Below, in pieces: positions 63,933 to 64,000 of a DNA stretch of 64,000 nucleotides. Within the stretch, counting starts at the first letter, position 1, and every line of letters begins with the position of its first letter. The notes beneath the pieces are model-generated. The model searched no databases and was not told where the DNA came from. It saw only the letters and a program-made list of their open reading frames with translations. This DNA is from Nannocystis bainbridge. GTDB lineage: Bacteria > Myxococcota_A > Polyangia > Nannocystales > Nannocystaceae. Location of the stretch: positions 2,464,001 to 2,528,000 of the forward strand of contig NZ_JAQNDL010000001.1 of the NCBI RefSeq assembly GCF_028368995.1, read 5' to 3'. The translations under genes were made by a program, and so were the position numbers.

Positions 63933-64000
63933 GTCGTCTGTCTCCGCAGGCCCCGAACGCCGCCGGGGCCCGAACGGGCCGTTCTCCGGCCCTCGCGCCC

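Noticed and set aside
63948-63990. GAAC...CGTT ECF-type promoter upstream of the last gene
   Set aside because: The spacing (about 21 nt) is too long for a typical ECF promoter.

Overview
Very GC-rich myxobacterial chromosome segment (probably Nannocystaceae-like; inferred from MYXO-CTERM tails and Thr/Gly-linker lipoproteins). Housekeeping content: an RND efflux operon, obgE-rpmA-rplU, an ABC-F ATPase, pruA, dnaJ, tRNA-Sec, katE, an agmatine deiminase family gene, a CPA2 antiporter and deoC with a nucleoside phosphorylase. These are interleaved with many surface or lipoprotein genes: six MYXO-CTERM proteins, three paralog pairs, two metzincins, a TIMP-like protein and an ECF sigma/anti-sigma/vWA cassette. 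The most striking unexplained signal is a dispersed family of about 19 arrays of a palindromic decamer (consensus near GGACATGTCC) repeated with a 14-bp period. The arrays lie between convergent genes, over start codons and in-frame inside CDSs. All counts and alignments were done by eye.
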